Part shown: positions 1 to 14,249 of the stretch, piece after piece
Layout of the letters: each line of letters opens with the position of its first letter
Position numbering within the stretch: position 1 is the stretch's first letter
Source of the DNA: Octopus sinensis
Lineage: Eukaryota
Direction: 5' to 3'
DNA: 64,000 nucleotides
Assembly: GCF_006345805.1 (NCBI RefSeq)
Contig: NC_043022.1
Location: 17,856,001-17,920,000 of the forward strand
Position numbers and translations under genes: made by a program
Notes under the pieces: model-generated
The model's database searches: none
Told to the model about the DNA's origin: nothing
The model's input: the letters and a program-made list of their open reading frames with translations, nothing else

Positions 1-700
1 CATGTAAATGTCTTTGTGTCTGTGTTTGTTCCCCATCACTACTTGGCATCTGGTGTTGGTGTGCTTATGTCCCCATGACTTAGCAGTTTGACAAAAGAGA
101 CTGATAGAATAAGTATCAGGCTTTAAAAAAGGACTGGGGCCAATTTGTTCAACTAAACTACTTCAAAATGGTGCCCCAACATGGCCATAATCCAATGACT
201 GAAACAAGTAAAAGATATACATACATTCTTTTATTTGTTTCAGTCATCTGACTGTGGTCATGCTGGAGCACCGCCTTTTATATACACGCAAATATATACA
301 CATATATATCCACACATACACACAAATATTCATATATAAATACATAGACACATAAATGTATGTGTACACATACATACATTTATCCATACAAAAAATATTC
401 ATTTCTACAAATACATTCACACACACATTTATGCATGGACAGCTAGATACATGCAAATGGGTGCATGCAATGCAAATGAATGTAAAACCAGACACACGCT
501 CTTATACACACACACACACACACACACACATTCATTAAAACATAACAATGTGTGCAAAACCGTTTATATTTCCTTCTACAACAACATAAACATATTATTA
601 TATGCCAATGTAGTTTTCATATTCTATACCCTTGTGAATGCATATGCATAAGATATTAAAATAGTCCCTCATCCATCTATCTATTTATATATATCATCAT

Positions 701-747
<47 letters not shown>

Positions 748-1035
748 GAACATTGACAATATGTACCCATGTGAATAATGAAACATTATGAACACACATA
801 ATTGCTTAAACATGTGTGCAAAACTGTTTATACACTGCTAGAAAATATAAATATAAACCAAATCCTATATACTCTGGTGGATTTATAGCATACATACTTT
901 ATATATTCGTCCATAAACATAGTCTTCTTGGCACACCCAGACTTTTGAGGAGTGCTTCTGTAGACGCTTATGACTTTCATACATCCTCACATGTGCACAG
1001 GCAAAAATCATGAGAATATACATATATTTATATCA

Positions 1036-1310
1036 TCATCATCATCGTTTAACGTCTGCTTTCCATGCTAGCATGGGTTAGACAGTTTGACTGAGGTCTG
1101 GCGAACCAGATGGCTGCACCAGGCTCCAATCTGATCTGGCAGAGTTTCTATAGCTGGATGCCCTTCCTAACACCAACCATTTTGAGAGTGTAATTGGTGC
1201 TTTTATGTGCCACCAGCATGAGGCCCAGTCAAGCGGTACTGGCAACGGCCTCGCTCAAATGTTTTTCACATGCCGTAAACACTGGTAATAATCACGTTTG
1301 AATGTTGCTT
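1036..1310 (-). mobile_element. RTE LINE 3' tail; similar tails at ~7716-7800, 20755-21240, 32335-32447, 33450-33610, 51100-51225, 56520-56700, 61990-62120, 63100-63197 and 63880-64000
   Basis: Reverse complement of the shared tail (catcatcgtttaacgtctgctttccatgctagcatgggtt). Confidence 0.8.
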
Positions 1311-3574
1311 TTTACAATTTCAAAGGTCCTCAATAGTAGTAGTACGGGGCATGTGCTGTAACAGCATGTTACTGCATCCACCATTTGTTGTGAGTCCCTC
1401 CTCCTCCTGGTGGATTACACCTCTGCACCACTGATGTGACAACCCTCCAACTTATGGGTCTGTTTGGAGTAATCATTGTTGGTGAGGGTTTTTTATGAGG
1501 TTGGAGTGCAAATGCTGCCTCAACCTCTTTTAGTTGCCTTTTATGACACACAAAGAAAATGTTGGGTCTATTCTTTGTCATTGCAGATCCCCACACATCG
1601 ATAATGATTGATATTAAATAACCCATCGCAACTACACTAAGGCGTATATGAGATATTACAGATTTTATGAATTCAAACAGTGGTACTGTGCTACCATTGA
1701 TGTAAAAATATACTGGAATGGCATGGTGGGGAGCCAAAGTGCCAATGAGGGTTGCAAAAGTTTTAAGAAGGACACTTCATTTTCTCTTTGATGTTGGTCT
1801 TCTTTGTTGTTTGATGAAGAACAAGTCAGAACAAGAGAAACTTAGACCACTTTTGAAAGTTTACTGAAAGACTTTAACTCATTATTTACTGTCTGTTACC
1901 ATTTCTGAAGAACTGAGAATGGGACCTGAGTTTGGTAACTGGATTCTTCATGAACAGAAAGATGGCAATCACAAAGAACATGTCAACATGTCAGCATCTG
2001 TCTGTCTGTCATTATTTAAATGTCACTGAATGATGACAGTGATGTGGTGGTGGTGGTAGGAGAGAGTTGAACTTGCAGCTGTAGAGTGGAGTGTCTCCCT
2101 ACAGATCAAGGTAATAATAATGATGCTGATGATGATGATAAAAATATTAATGATGATGATGATGATGATAAGAAACACCAGCAGTGATTAGATTGTCAGA
2201 GGTAAATAACCTGATGGCTGGCTGTTCTTTACAGAATGGATGGGGGGGGGGTTAATATCTGAAGAAAATTGGGTGAGTCAGACATTCAATAAACAGACAC
2301 CAGACACCATTTTTTTCTCAGTTTCTTTTAATGTGTAAATAACTTTATCATCCACTGACCACCATCACCAGCATCACCATCATAGGTATAAAAAAAAATT
2401 TACACATATGAATCATCATCATTGCCTCCAACATCATTGAGAGGGAGAGAGAGGGAGAGAGAAAGAAGGGGAGGGTGAAGCTTTTTACTGATCCATCAAC
2501 CTAAACAGCCAATTAAGCCAATGAGGAAGCCTTGACCTTTTACTTGTTCCAGTCATTAGACTATGGCCATGCTGGAGCACTGCCTTGACGAATTTTTTAG
2601 TCCAATGAATTGACCCCAGGGCTAATTTTGGATGGATTGAGTGAAATTCCTTCACAAAATTAGCCCCTTTTGATTTTGCTCAGATTCTTTCCAGTTTTAG
2701 TGCATCAATGCTTTTTAAAGCCCGGTACTCATTGCATTCATCTCTTTGATCAAACTGCTAAGTTACAAGGATGTAAACACACCAACACCAGTTGTCAAGT
2801 ACTGAAGGGACACACACACACAACAGGCTTCTTTCAGTTTATCAGCCCAAGGCTGTGGTAGAAAACACTTGCCCAAGATGCCATGCAGTGAGACTGAACC
2901 CAGAACCATGTGGTTGGGAAGCAAGCTTCTTACCTTCACAGCCATACCTGTTAAAAATAACAGTTAAATTACTCTTAAATCACACTTAAACTTAGAAAAT
3001 GGAAGGACATGATGGACACATGACAGAATGGTCACAGCTGGGTTGCTTTTGATCATAGGTGTGTTGAATGGGGTGGGGGCTGATCTGGGGTTACATAACA
3101 GCAACCTTCCTCTCCCCCACTCCCCACCTCTTTCACCATTTCTCTTTCTGCAACCACTCTCACTTCCTCCTCTTCCTTCCTCCCTCACTAAAACTGTCAC
3201 ACAAGGAGACCCCCGTAACTGCACCCCCTAAGATGCATCACCCCTAAAGTACAGCCACTGCAACTGTTTCTCTTGTTGTCAGCATTTGGAGGGGAGGGGC
3301 CAGGAGAGGGTGAGAGCAGAATGTTGTGAGGTGCATTCAAGGCCGCCGTCGCCGCTATGGAGGTGTGTACTTTAACATCTACACTATATTACACTGTAGT
3401 GGTAGAGACTGCAGCCAAGACAATACTGAACTGAAGTGATGGTAACCATGACAACACACAAACAGGCTTAAAACTATTAATACATCAATTTTCTTTAAAT
3501 ATATTTAAAAACAAACAACAGCAACAACTCTTCACACATTCAAGCTTTTCTGACATGTGTGTGTGTGTATAGTT

Positions 3575-3575
<1 letters not shown>

Positions 3576-3608
<33 letters not shown>

Positions 3609-3717
3609 GTTCACACAGACATTTTTCTTTATTTCAATCTGTCAACAGCCAGCTCTCATTCTTTCAGTTTCTTTCATCTTAACTCCCACTCATCATTTCC
3701 ATCATTTACAGCCACAC

Positions 3718-3752
<35 letters not shown>

Positions 3753-3855
3753 GTTCACACAGACATTTTTCTTTATTTCAATCTGTCAACAGCCAGCTCT
3801 CATTCTTTCAGTTTCTTTCATCTTAACTCCCACTCATCATTTCCATCATTTACAG

Positions 3856-3870
<15 letters not shown>
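3576..3870. repeat. Direct tandem duplication, period 144 bp, bounded by (CA)n
   Basis: gttcacacagac...ttacagccacac is identical at 3609 and 3753. Confidence 0.95.
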
Positions 3871-3897
<27 letters not shown>

Positions 3898-6141
3898 GCA
3901 CTTACATGCAAGTAGAGGTCGTCTGTAAGGGTTGCTCACTCTGTTAGAAATACCAGTCACATTTCTTTAACCCTTTAATACAGATTACTCTATCAAATAT
4001 AACGTATGATTATTTACACCATTTTGAATTCATCATGCACTCTCTTGTGGTTCAGAGATTTCGATGTTGTGACAACTGCAATTATTGATGTCCACTGTGA
4101 AGGACACTCCCTTTCAAAAGGTATGGTATATTGAACTACATCCACTCCACTAGATGGCATTCAGAGGAACTATACAGAGCTCCCCTCAAACAACTTCAAA
4201 AGACAGTATTGTCAACATCTGTACTGTTTAGGTCCAGAGAGGGGATTCCACTTTTCCATTTTATTTGAAATTTTAGTAATTAGGAACATAACATTTACTA
4301 TAAACATGGAGTGTTGTCGACAAGGTCCCTTCGCATTCCAGTGAGACACAGAACTATTCCCTCTGACTGTCAGAACAGTTACACATCTTAAAACAGCTTG
4401 CAGTAACCTTTGAAGAAATCTGAAATTATTTCCTTTAATCCTTAAAGATAAATCTTAGTTTTGGCTCTGTTCCAATTAAACAAGCCAGAAAATAATTCCA
4501 CAGAGAATGAAGGAATTATCTCCTTACTAATTAAAATTAAAAATGAATTAAAAGTTGATTCCTTTGCAATTACCTCACCGTGCTAAAAAGTTTGCTTCTC
4601 CATCACATGGTTCTGGGTTCAGTCCCCCTGTGTGGCACCTTGGGCAAGTGTCTTCTACTATAGCCTCGGGCTGACCAATGCCTTGAGTGGATTTGGTAGT
4701 GCTAGGTGGAAACTGAAAGAAGCCCAGGTGTGTATGTGTGTGGAAAGAGAGTGTATGTGTGTCTGTTTCTTTCTGTTTGTATTTGTCCCCCCACCACCAC
4801 TGCTTGACAACCAGTGTTGGTATGTTTATGTCCCTGTAACTTAGCAGTTCAGTTAAAGAGACTGATAGAATAAATACCAGACTGAAAAATACAAAAAAAA
4901 GGACTGGGGCAGTTTAAGTGAACTAAAAATTCTTCTTGGTAGTGCTCCAGCATGGCCAAAGTTTAATGATGGAAACAAGTAAAAGAGAGAAGGTAAAAAA
5001 AGAAGTTTGCTTTACAGCCTTGTGGCTTCAGGTTCAATCCCACTGCATGGCCTTCTGACCAAATCTGGCAGACAAAAAGTGTGTGCGTGTGTGTGTTTGT
5101 TTGTTTAGGCTTCCATAACTGAGTGTTTCAGCAAAAAGAGTGACAAAACCCTTTCAGGCAGTGCCCCAGCATGGCCACAATCCAATGACTGAATCAAGTA
5201 AAAGAATTTTAAAAATAAATCAAACTTTTGCCAAATGCTTTCTCAGGTTGTGCAGGGAAAAAAAACAAACTTTTCTTTGAACTTATATTCTGCACACAAA
5301 GTCAATGCTTTTTTCTTTCTTTCTTTCCTTCTTGTGTGTGTGTGTGTGTGTGTGTATAAAACAAACATTGACACACACACACATTCACATGGCAGGAAAA
5401 ACATGAAATAGGAGACTGGCAAAAGAGAAAGAGAGGGAGAAGAGAGAAAGAGTGAGAGGAGAGAATAAAGACAAGGAGGATGAAAGAATGAGAGGCAGAG
5501 AGAAAGAAGGGGGGGAGGCTAATCTGCTATGGTTGAATGACTCAGTTGGTGAGGCCAGTCTTAATTACTGTGGTTGCTTGTCCTTGCATCTACTCCCCTC
5601 TCCCATTGAGACCCCCCCTCACTACTCTGACCTCTACACAACACCTCACCGCCCCCTCATGCCTATCAACCTATTCATTTCCTTGGGTCAGTCTCCTTAA
5701 TATTTCTGTTGGTCAGAGAGAATAAAACATGGTTTTGTCTGTTTAATTTTAGCCACTGCCGAGTGGAGAAAGTAGCTGGACAACTAAACTACAATTAACT
5801 GATGGTCAACTGTAAATTAAGAGAGGTCACTACTAAGTTTGTGCCTGTGTAATTAATTTTCTTTATATTTGGTTGAAATCCTTCCATGCCACCAACTGAA
5901 ACGGTCAAAGTCAGCTGAACTTTAACTTCACCCCAGCCTGCTATGAGGGAATTAGCTCTATTCCTAGTTCAAATCCTAGAGGGATATACTTCATCTTTTC
6001 ATTTTCATGGGGTTGACAAAATACACAATACCAGTAAATACTGGGGTATGATCTGGTCAATTTTATAGATGCAAACATGGCTTTCTTTCTCTTGGTATGT
6101 TTACATCCCTGTATAGATGCACACAGCCACATGTATTAGAA

Positions 6142-6478
6142 CTGATTCCCAACCTGTGGTTCACAAAGATAGTGCTGGGGGGGGGGGGTCTGTGAACTAA
6201 ATTCAAAATTTCCATATATATAGACACACACACACACACAAGGAAAAGAATATCTATTTCTTTACTACCCACAAGGGGCTAAACACAGAGGACTAACAAG
6301 GACAGAAAAATGGATTAAGTCGATTGTATCGGCCCTAGTGGGTAACTGGTACTTAATTTATCGACCCCGAAAGGATGAAAGGCAAAATCAACCTCGGCAG
6401 AATTTGAACTTGTGCGTCTGTGGGAAAACTTATTTAAATAAATGGGGTCCTTGGTAGTGAAAAGGTTGGGAACAACTG
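6142..6478. mobile_element. hAT-type MITE with a nested SINE
   Basis: Ends gattcccaacc / ggttgggaacaactg; perfect TSD tattagaa; a SINE fragment lies inside at ~6245-6412. Confidence 0.7.
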
Positions 6479-7494
6479 TATTAGAAACACACACATATTT
6501 ACATGGAGCGTAAAAAGATGAGAACTCTTTTCTTAATATTTTGTATTTTTCATGTTGCATGTAAGTATATTTGTGTAATCAGTGAGTAATTCATGAGACC
6601 AAAGAGAAACACACTTCAGAGCAGTCGTAGTTAAAAAGTGAATGTAGATATGTCTGCCTGTCTGTGTTTATCTATCTGCATTACTACTACCCTAGGGACA
6701 CATCTAAATTATATACACCCTGAGCCAGTGTTGTGTTGAGGTGAAGGCCTGAAGAAATATGAATGAACTCACATTTTGGTACATGCTGCAGACAGGTGGT
6801 TAAAAAATGCACCTCACAATCCTCTGGTCTTCGGTTCAATCACCAGCCAAGTATCTACTTTAGCTTCAGTGAAATTAGGCAAACAGAAATTAAGCAGAAG
6901 TTCATTAGCTTGTCCTTGTGATGATGTAGTGGATTTCATCCATTGCTCAGTTTCATCTGGCCTTTGCTTTTAATAAGGTCTCCTCTAATTGATAACACCA
7001 GAAATAACAGCCAAATATCCCTTACATCACACTGAGTAATGTAGTGTTGAATGTATGATATGATGGCCACGGTTGGAACTAAACAACAACAACAAGGACA
7101 AAGCACAAACTGTGGCTCCTTTGTCACTTTCTTCTCTCAGCAGAAAGTCCAGGCAGAGTCACCGCACTTCTGAATAAATGTGGGTATATCAATTTCACTC
7201 CTGACCACCCCCACTAGATAATGGGTTGGACCACAAATCAGCAACAATGCCAAGAATGATGACAATGTTCTAGCTTCAATTACACTCCCCCTCCTCCTCC
7301 TCCTCTCTTATCAGCACAAAACACCTCAGCTACTCTTTGCCCCAAAACTGTATTTGTGACTTGGTAGAGCACCACACTTGGCTCTATTTCTTCTTTTGGT
7401 ACCTTATGTTGGGAGTTCAAATTGCCCAGTTAATATACCAGGCATCTATGGATTTGTCCCTTAAAATTACTGGCTTGGACCCAAATTACAAACC

Positions 7495-7525
<31 letters not shown>

Positions 7526-9981
7526 GGCTCAATGGTCGGCAAAATACTCAGTGGCATTTTGTCTGTCTTTACATTTTGAGATCTAATCCCACCAAGGTCA
7601 ACTTTGCTTTTCATCCTTTTGGGGGTCAATAAAACAAGTACCAGTTGATCAATGGGGGTCAATGTAATTGACTTAGTCCCTTCCCCTGTCAGATCAAGAT
7701 AGGAGCCTGGTGCATCCATCTGGTTCGCCAGTCCTCAGTCAAATCATCCAACCCATTCCAGCATGGAAAGCGGATGTTAAATGATGATGATGATGATGAT
7801 TATTAGAGATAAGGAACCTCAGTAAATGCCTTGTGGTATTTCCTTATGTCCTTTTATCCTTCGTCATTCAAATCTTTGGGTTTCTATTCAGAGTCAATAA
7901 AATACCAGTCATTTACTTAATGAGAACTCATTATTGTTCGTGGTTTTTGTTATGCAGGAATAATGGCTGTATATTTTTGAAAGAATGGGATGTTGTGACG
8001 ATCATGCCTTTCCAACATACATTGGAAAAGCAGAGACTGGATAAGAATTGATAATGACATAAGCAGAACACCAGATCCCAGACACCTGTGTGTGTGTGTG
8101 TGTTAGTGAGTATGGGTGTAAGTGTGTGTAGTATGCGTGTGTGAGTATGTGTGTAAGTGTCAGTGTGTGTAGTGTGTGAGTGTATGTATGTCTGTCTTAT
8201 GTATGTTAGTGTGTGTAGTGTGTAGTGTGTGTCTGTGTGTCTAACAGTGAATGCTCTAAATACCAAACAGCCAGTTGTTAGTGTGACCACACTTAGGTTA
8301 AGTTGGTGCTGGGATTGTCACACCACCATGACCACTACTGCAGACACCACCACAAGTTAACAGCCAGTTCTTTTTTGTTCTTTATGCTTTGTAGATGGTT
8401 ACAGCCCCCCCCCCCCACCTCCATACAAACATCTAAAGCCTCTATGTGGTTTCTTGACCTGCTAAAAACATCACTCAAGTCTCATTCAGGTCATGTTCCT
8501 TCCTCCTTGAGCCATGCCTGGCTCATAAGGGCCGGTTTCCCGGTTTCATTGGCATATAGGTTCCCCACCTGGACAGGACGCCAGTCCATTGTTGGTAAGC
8601 TGTTAGATGCAGGAGGAAAGAGTGAGAGAAAGTTGTGGTGAAAGAGTCAGCAGAAGTTTGCCATTATCTTCTGCCTGAGCAGCGTGGAGATTGTTTCACT
8701 CATAAACACACACATCACCTGGTCTGAGATGTGAACCTGTGAACCCATGACCGTGAGTCCTCAGTTCTAACTACTAGGCCATGTGCCTCCACCCTTCAAA
8801 TAATACCCCATTCCATATTTAAAAAAAGGAAGGATGTGTTGTGTGATGTAGTCCTAGATACACTATGAAGAAGAACAAAAGACAAGATGGTCATGGTTGG
8901 AACACACATAACTACAGATATGCTCAATCTGCACCTCTACAGCAATAACAAGGTATGTGGTTTCAGGGTCCCTACTTTACAATAACAGTTGGGAAGTGAT
9001 ACTTGTGGTGGCTGAGATGGTAAAGTGTTAGTTGGCCAGTCTACAGGACAATGGTTCTGATCCCAGTGTGGACACACAGCAGTGTAGTTAACTCCAGAAC
9101 AATTATGTTATGTTAATCAGAGGTGTGTGGCATGTCTGGGACTATGAGGGTGGTTGCCCTATAGCCCCGCCCCATGCTGGCAAGCCTCAGTACACCCTGC
9201 CATTGACATTAATGTTAAGGTGGTGAGCTGACAGAATCGTTAGCTGGATGGTCAAACTTAGCGGTTCAAACTCCACAGAGGCTGACTTTGCCTTTCATCC
9301 TTTCAGGGTTGATAAATTAATCCCCAGTAAAACACTGGAGTCGATGTAATCGACTGGTCCCCTCCCAGTAGAAAGGATTATTATTATTATTTTCTCTACT
9401 GAAGTTAAACTTTGTAAGAAGGAACTGTATTTTAATGTGAGAGTATCAGGAAGCCATTGCAAATGAGATATGGCAGTAATCTTAGCTTATCTTGGATTAA
9501 CCAATAATCCATTGGAAATGATTCAGATCAGATCATTTGAGAGGTATTTAGGGTATTTGGCAACAACAATAAATATAAATAAAAAGAAAGTAAAAATTCC
9601 TAAGATTCACAGAAAATATATTTGAAATAATTCCAGTAAAATGAAAATTCTGTGGATGAATCGAAAGACATCTTTTAATTAGAACAAATACAACAGAAAC
9701 GGGGAGGCTGAGAGTTCAAAACAAAGGCAAAGCATATTCTGGAAGAATGATGTAAAGAAATGGTTTGGAATCTCTTTTATTATTATTATTATTATTGGTT
9801 TGGTTTGGAGGAAAGGATTGTGTCTGTGGCCTTTGCAGACACTTTGATTGCTGCTGGAAATGTTTGAACCTGAATGTCAATAAAGGACTGCATCGCTAAA
9901 GAATAGGCATGACATATTGATCAATGCAGCTGAGATGACATTTGAAAATGGCAACAAAGGCAGCAGAGAAACAGGACTTAC

Positions 9982-10048
9982 CAAAGCACTGCTGGTTTTG
10001 GAATTTGCAGAATTTTGCCCATTCATCTGTGGTTCTTTACGGGTGCGG
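9982..10048 (-). CDS. Candidate 67-nt downstream exon (RTRKEPQMNGQNSANSKTSSAL)
   Basis: Polypyrimidine acceptor 'atttcctctttcttctttccag|' and donor 'TTG|GTAAGT'; one open frame (phase 2 to phase 0); same strand as the main exon. Confidence 0.5.
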
Positions 10049-12617
10049 CTGGAAAGAAGAAAGAGGAAATGTTATTACAAGAGATCATCACAATTCGCTT
10101 TTGAGTCGGTCTGCTGCTAGAACGGCTGCCACTGGATGTTGGTAGTTCCTTGGGAAAAACATTGCTCCTCTTGTTTTTCAAGAATCTACCAATATACATG
10201 GCACCTGCATTTTAATTTCTTGGATTCCTGCTGTTTTTGCCTTTAAACTTTGCACCAACTCAACAGTGCCGTGAAGAGAAAGCTCGATGTAGTTAGACTA
10301 TCTGATAAAAATAGCAGCAAAAAACCCCTTTTCTTCATCATCATCAGCAGCACAACCACCACCACCACCACCACCAGTAGTAGTAGTGGCAGCAGCAGTA
10401 GAAGTAGAGTCTATTGGCTTTAATAGAATAGATTCTATTCTATTCTATTAATCTGTTAAACGCATTATCCTGCAGCTATGACATCTTGATGAGGTAACTG
10501 TTCACTTTTAGAATGATATTGTAGGGTTGGTGAGAGGGGCCAGATCAGACCAGTTTAAATGTAAAACAGGATATTTTGGTTGGAAACGGGGTCTGGTTCA
10601 AATGCTAAAAGGATTAAGCCAAGAGGGGATAATCTTTGTGATGTTAGACAGAAGTAACAGATTCAGGTGGTTGATGGTTTATTAACGATGCAAGGGAGAT
10701 ATCGGTGGAGGTTAAGAATTCAGTTGACCTCTTTAATGCCAATCCTCACCTGACATCTTCACTTGTTCTTTGTGTGTCAAACAACAATTACAACAATTTT
10801 CAAAATATTTTAATTTTAATTAAAACTGTCCATAATTTTACAGAAGATATGTGAAATAAATATCAGAGCTGCTTTGCCCCAAAAGGGCCAGAGCTCCTCA
10901 GAGGTTTTGCAAGCTCTCTTAAATCCATTGCAATGTTGGAAACCCTTCCGTATCGTCAACAAATATTTCAGGGTCACAAGCGTTATGTGCCTTATCCTGT
11001 GCCCTTTGCCTAAGTGAGGCAGTGAGAACTCAACTAGTCTTCAGCTACAGAAGGGTTCCACTTGCGATTGCTTATCAACCATAGCCATTTTCAGGTAGTT
11101 TCTGCAATCAAGAAATTATGATGCAAATACCAGCTCAGCCATTGAAAGGCTAAACAGTTCACCAAATCTCGACTGCTTGGATTATTTCTGAAAACAATCT
11201 AAATACACTGGCAAAGGGATTCCATTAGGGTTAAAAAAAAAAAAGAGAGAGAGAGAGAGAGAATAGTGAAGAAATGGTTGAAGTAGGTCGATAATTCTAT
11301 GGAATTTGAGAGAAAGAATGACAGAAGAGTTCAAAGTTGAAAGTAATTTATGAAATGGTGGCCTGGAAAAACAAGACATCAATCGAGTCAACACAATGTT
11401 TGCTGTTTACTCTGAAGTGGTTTTATTGACAACTACAATGCTTTTGTAATAATTATAAACATGAAATGAGTGCTGCTTGTAAAAGTGTGCATGCACACAC
11501 ACACACACACGTAGATATACTTTTTAAACGTGAAATTTTGAAAACCCATTAAAAAAATAGAACAGTTTATTGTTGTATGTCCAACATAAGTGGTTTATTA
11601 CTCACAAATTAACAACTCAAGTTACATCAAAACTATAAACATCATCATCACGCGTACATCTTTGTGTGTGTGTGTGTGTGTGTGCACATTCTTCTACCCA
11701 CACATGCTGATAAGTGTGAATGGTCAACCACACTGACCATGGTACTTAAGTGCCATCCTATCCATGAATCTCACACATGTACAGAAACACACACACACAC
11801 CTGCGCACCTCTGTTCTTCCAACTGAACTACAGGTGCTTTCACCTGTACAGATTAAGGTAGGGTTCCTACAGTTGCTTTCAATGCGTTTTATCTGGCCAA
11901 CCACATTGCTAGCTTTGCAATTCATCCCAGGCTCCGTGTTACAATACAATTGTTATCGGTAGAGGTGGTCCTCTGAAAAGTGTTTGGATAGGTTTACCAC
12001 TAAAACTCCCACTAAAACTGTAAGGGATTTTATGCTTTATTTCTGAATCCCTTATTTACTCTAAAAACTCTGCAATTATGTTCGATTTATAAATTACATA
12101 CTCTAAAGTGATACCACAAGTTTTTGCTTTGCTTGTTCATTTTTTCTTTCTTTCTTTCTTTCTTTCTAAATGGCCAGAGATAGATGTGAATGTTGAATTT
12201 GACTGGTGATATCTGTTTATTATGAACTTGGACGTATTTGTGTGAGGGAAGTAAAAGACTTTTTCAAATTTATTTTTTCATTTTTTAAAATAATTTTAAA
12301 AAAGTATTTTAATTGTCTGATAAAATCTTTTTAGTCAGTGGACACCTATTTTATTTTTATTTTTATCATTTTATATTGTCCATTAGGCGTTTTGATAGTT
12401 TTGAATTTTTAGTCATTATATTTTACTTTTTATAAGCTGTTCTATTTGTATTTTATTAGAATATATATTTTTTTACATTCTGTGATTTTATGTATACGTA
12501 TTATTTTTTTATGTGTTTGTAGACCATGGTGTTTTTTTATACATGATTAAATGTTAGTGGGGTGGTGTTGTATGTAAAGTTGTTGACCCAAATTTAATGT
12601 TCTATAACCAATGCTTC

Positions 12618-12705
<88 letters not shown>

Positions 12706-12707
<2 letters not shown>

Positions 12708-14249
12708 TAGCAGAGATACCTGGTGTTGTCCATGTTACATGCAATTGAAGAATTAGAGTTTTCTGTTATATTTTCTCTAATGAACTAGAATACCTAAGTT
12801 TCGAATCTCATCAGATGAGGGTTCTCTCCCTCTTTACATACCCTAAAAAAATTCTAATCATGATACATGTATCCCATACTGCTGATCTTTATGTGCAGAT
12901 TCCAAAATTCCAGTCTTATGGAACCTGTTAAAAAGATTTTGCTCCTGAAAAATGGAGGTCATGGAGGTCTAAAATGTGGGAGTTAAGGCCCCTATTGGGG
13001 GTGGGTGTCTTCATGTCAACCAGAGAAGTTGAATTATTGAGAATCTTTTTAACTTGGGTCTTATATCTATTGTTTGAATTTCTTTGAAATAGGAAATATA
13101 TGTTCACTAGGCTTGTAAAAGAGAGCAAAGCTACAAGAAACCAAAAGACGAATGATCACAATAAGCAGTCAGCTACCCTACCCTAGTCGTTACCACTCCC
13201 AATGTAGGATTCCTCACCATCCAGGTGACAGGCACAGCCGTAAGATGCATTACGGATCTATAGCAATTGGAAGGGCATGACCCAACTCAAACATTAACAA
13301 CTGTGTGAAGTGAGGGCTAAGGGGAAATGAAAGTGTCACCTCTGGAGTTTGCAAATGACCACTATACTGATACGTAACTGGACAGAATAAATTTACAATC
13401 TATAAATGTCTTTGAATAACCAGTCACTCATCTGGGAAGGCCTTGAAATCAATGTTACCAACTGGGGACTATGTGTGACCCAGTGATAATAAAAGACTGA
13501 AAGGAGGTCTGCAACCAAATAACTTTACTCAGCACTTTGCAACTGAATCAGTGGAGGCAAAGATGCCTCTCATTTACTTGACAATTTATGTACCACACTG
13601 CAGAAGTCACAATCTAAGTATATCTCAAAGCAAACTCTTACACTGTTGTACCATTGAATTACAAATAACACTTATCTTTTATGCTCAGGTAACCCTACAG
13701 CTTCCAAGAGCACAACTGTATTCATCTTTGCTTAGATAAAATGACTAAATTGTGGGTGTTAAGTCCCCATGAAGGGGTCTTTCTAACTCGTAAGAAGATG
13801 AAATTTTATAAATATTACTTCATTTGTGTCTAATATCTATGGTTAAAATTTCATCAACAGCAAAAATAAATGAATTTTCATGGGGGTTATGGCCCTTATG
13901 CAGAGAATATAATTTCCAAATTTCATAAAGATCCATTCAGTACTTTTGACCTAGTTTTTAATAATAAAAAATGACTAAAATTTGGGCGTTAAGGCCCCCA
14001 TTAGTGGGTCTTAGAATCCTCATGAGAAGTGGAAACTTTGAGAATACTTCTTGGTGTGTGCCCATTACCCATGGTTAAAATTTCAGCAACATCGAAAATT
14101 ATGAATTTTCATAGGGGTTCTGCCTCTTTTAAGCCATCTCAAATTCAAACCAAACATACTGCATTATACCCGTCCTTATGCATTGAATCTAAGTTCCAAA
14201 TATAATAAGGATCCATTCAGTAATTTTGCTCCATTTTTATATAATAGAT
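12706..14249 (+). mobile_element. Non-autonomous Helitron-like element with an internal ~235-bp tandem duplication
   Basis: Begins 'actagcagagatacctggtgttgtcc' directly after (TA)n and ends 'ccatttttatataatagat'. Repeated 'ccaaatttcataaagatccattcag' blocks occur at 13737-13975 and 13970-14240. Confidence 0.5.

Noticed and set aside
1369-1960. 122-aa minus-strand ORF in unique sequence
   Set aside because: No recognisable motif, no convincing splice sites, and a non-ATG start; it could be UTR or an old TE.
13100-13730. Possible PIF1 helicase remnants (GLPEHK, NGT) inside the Helitron-like element
   Set aside because: The matches are too short and not collinear enough to support by eye.
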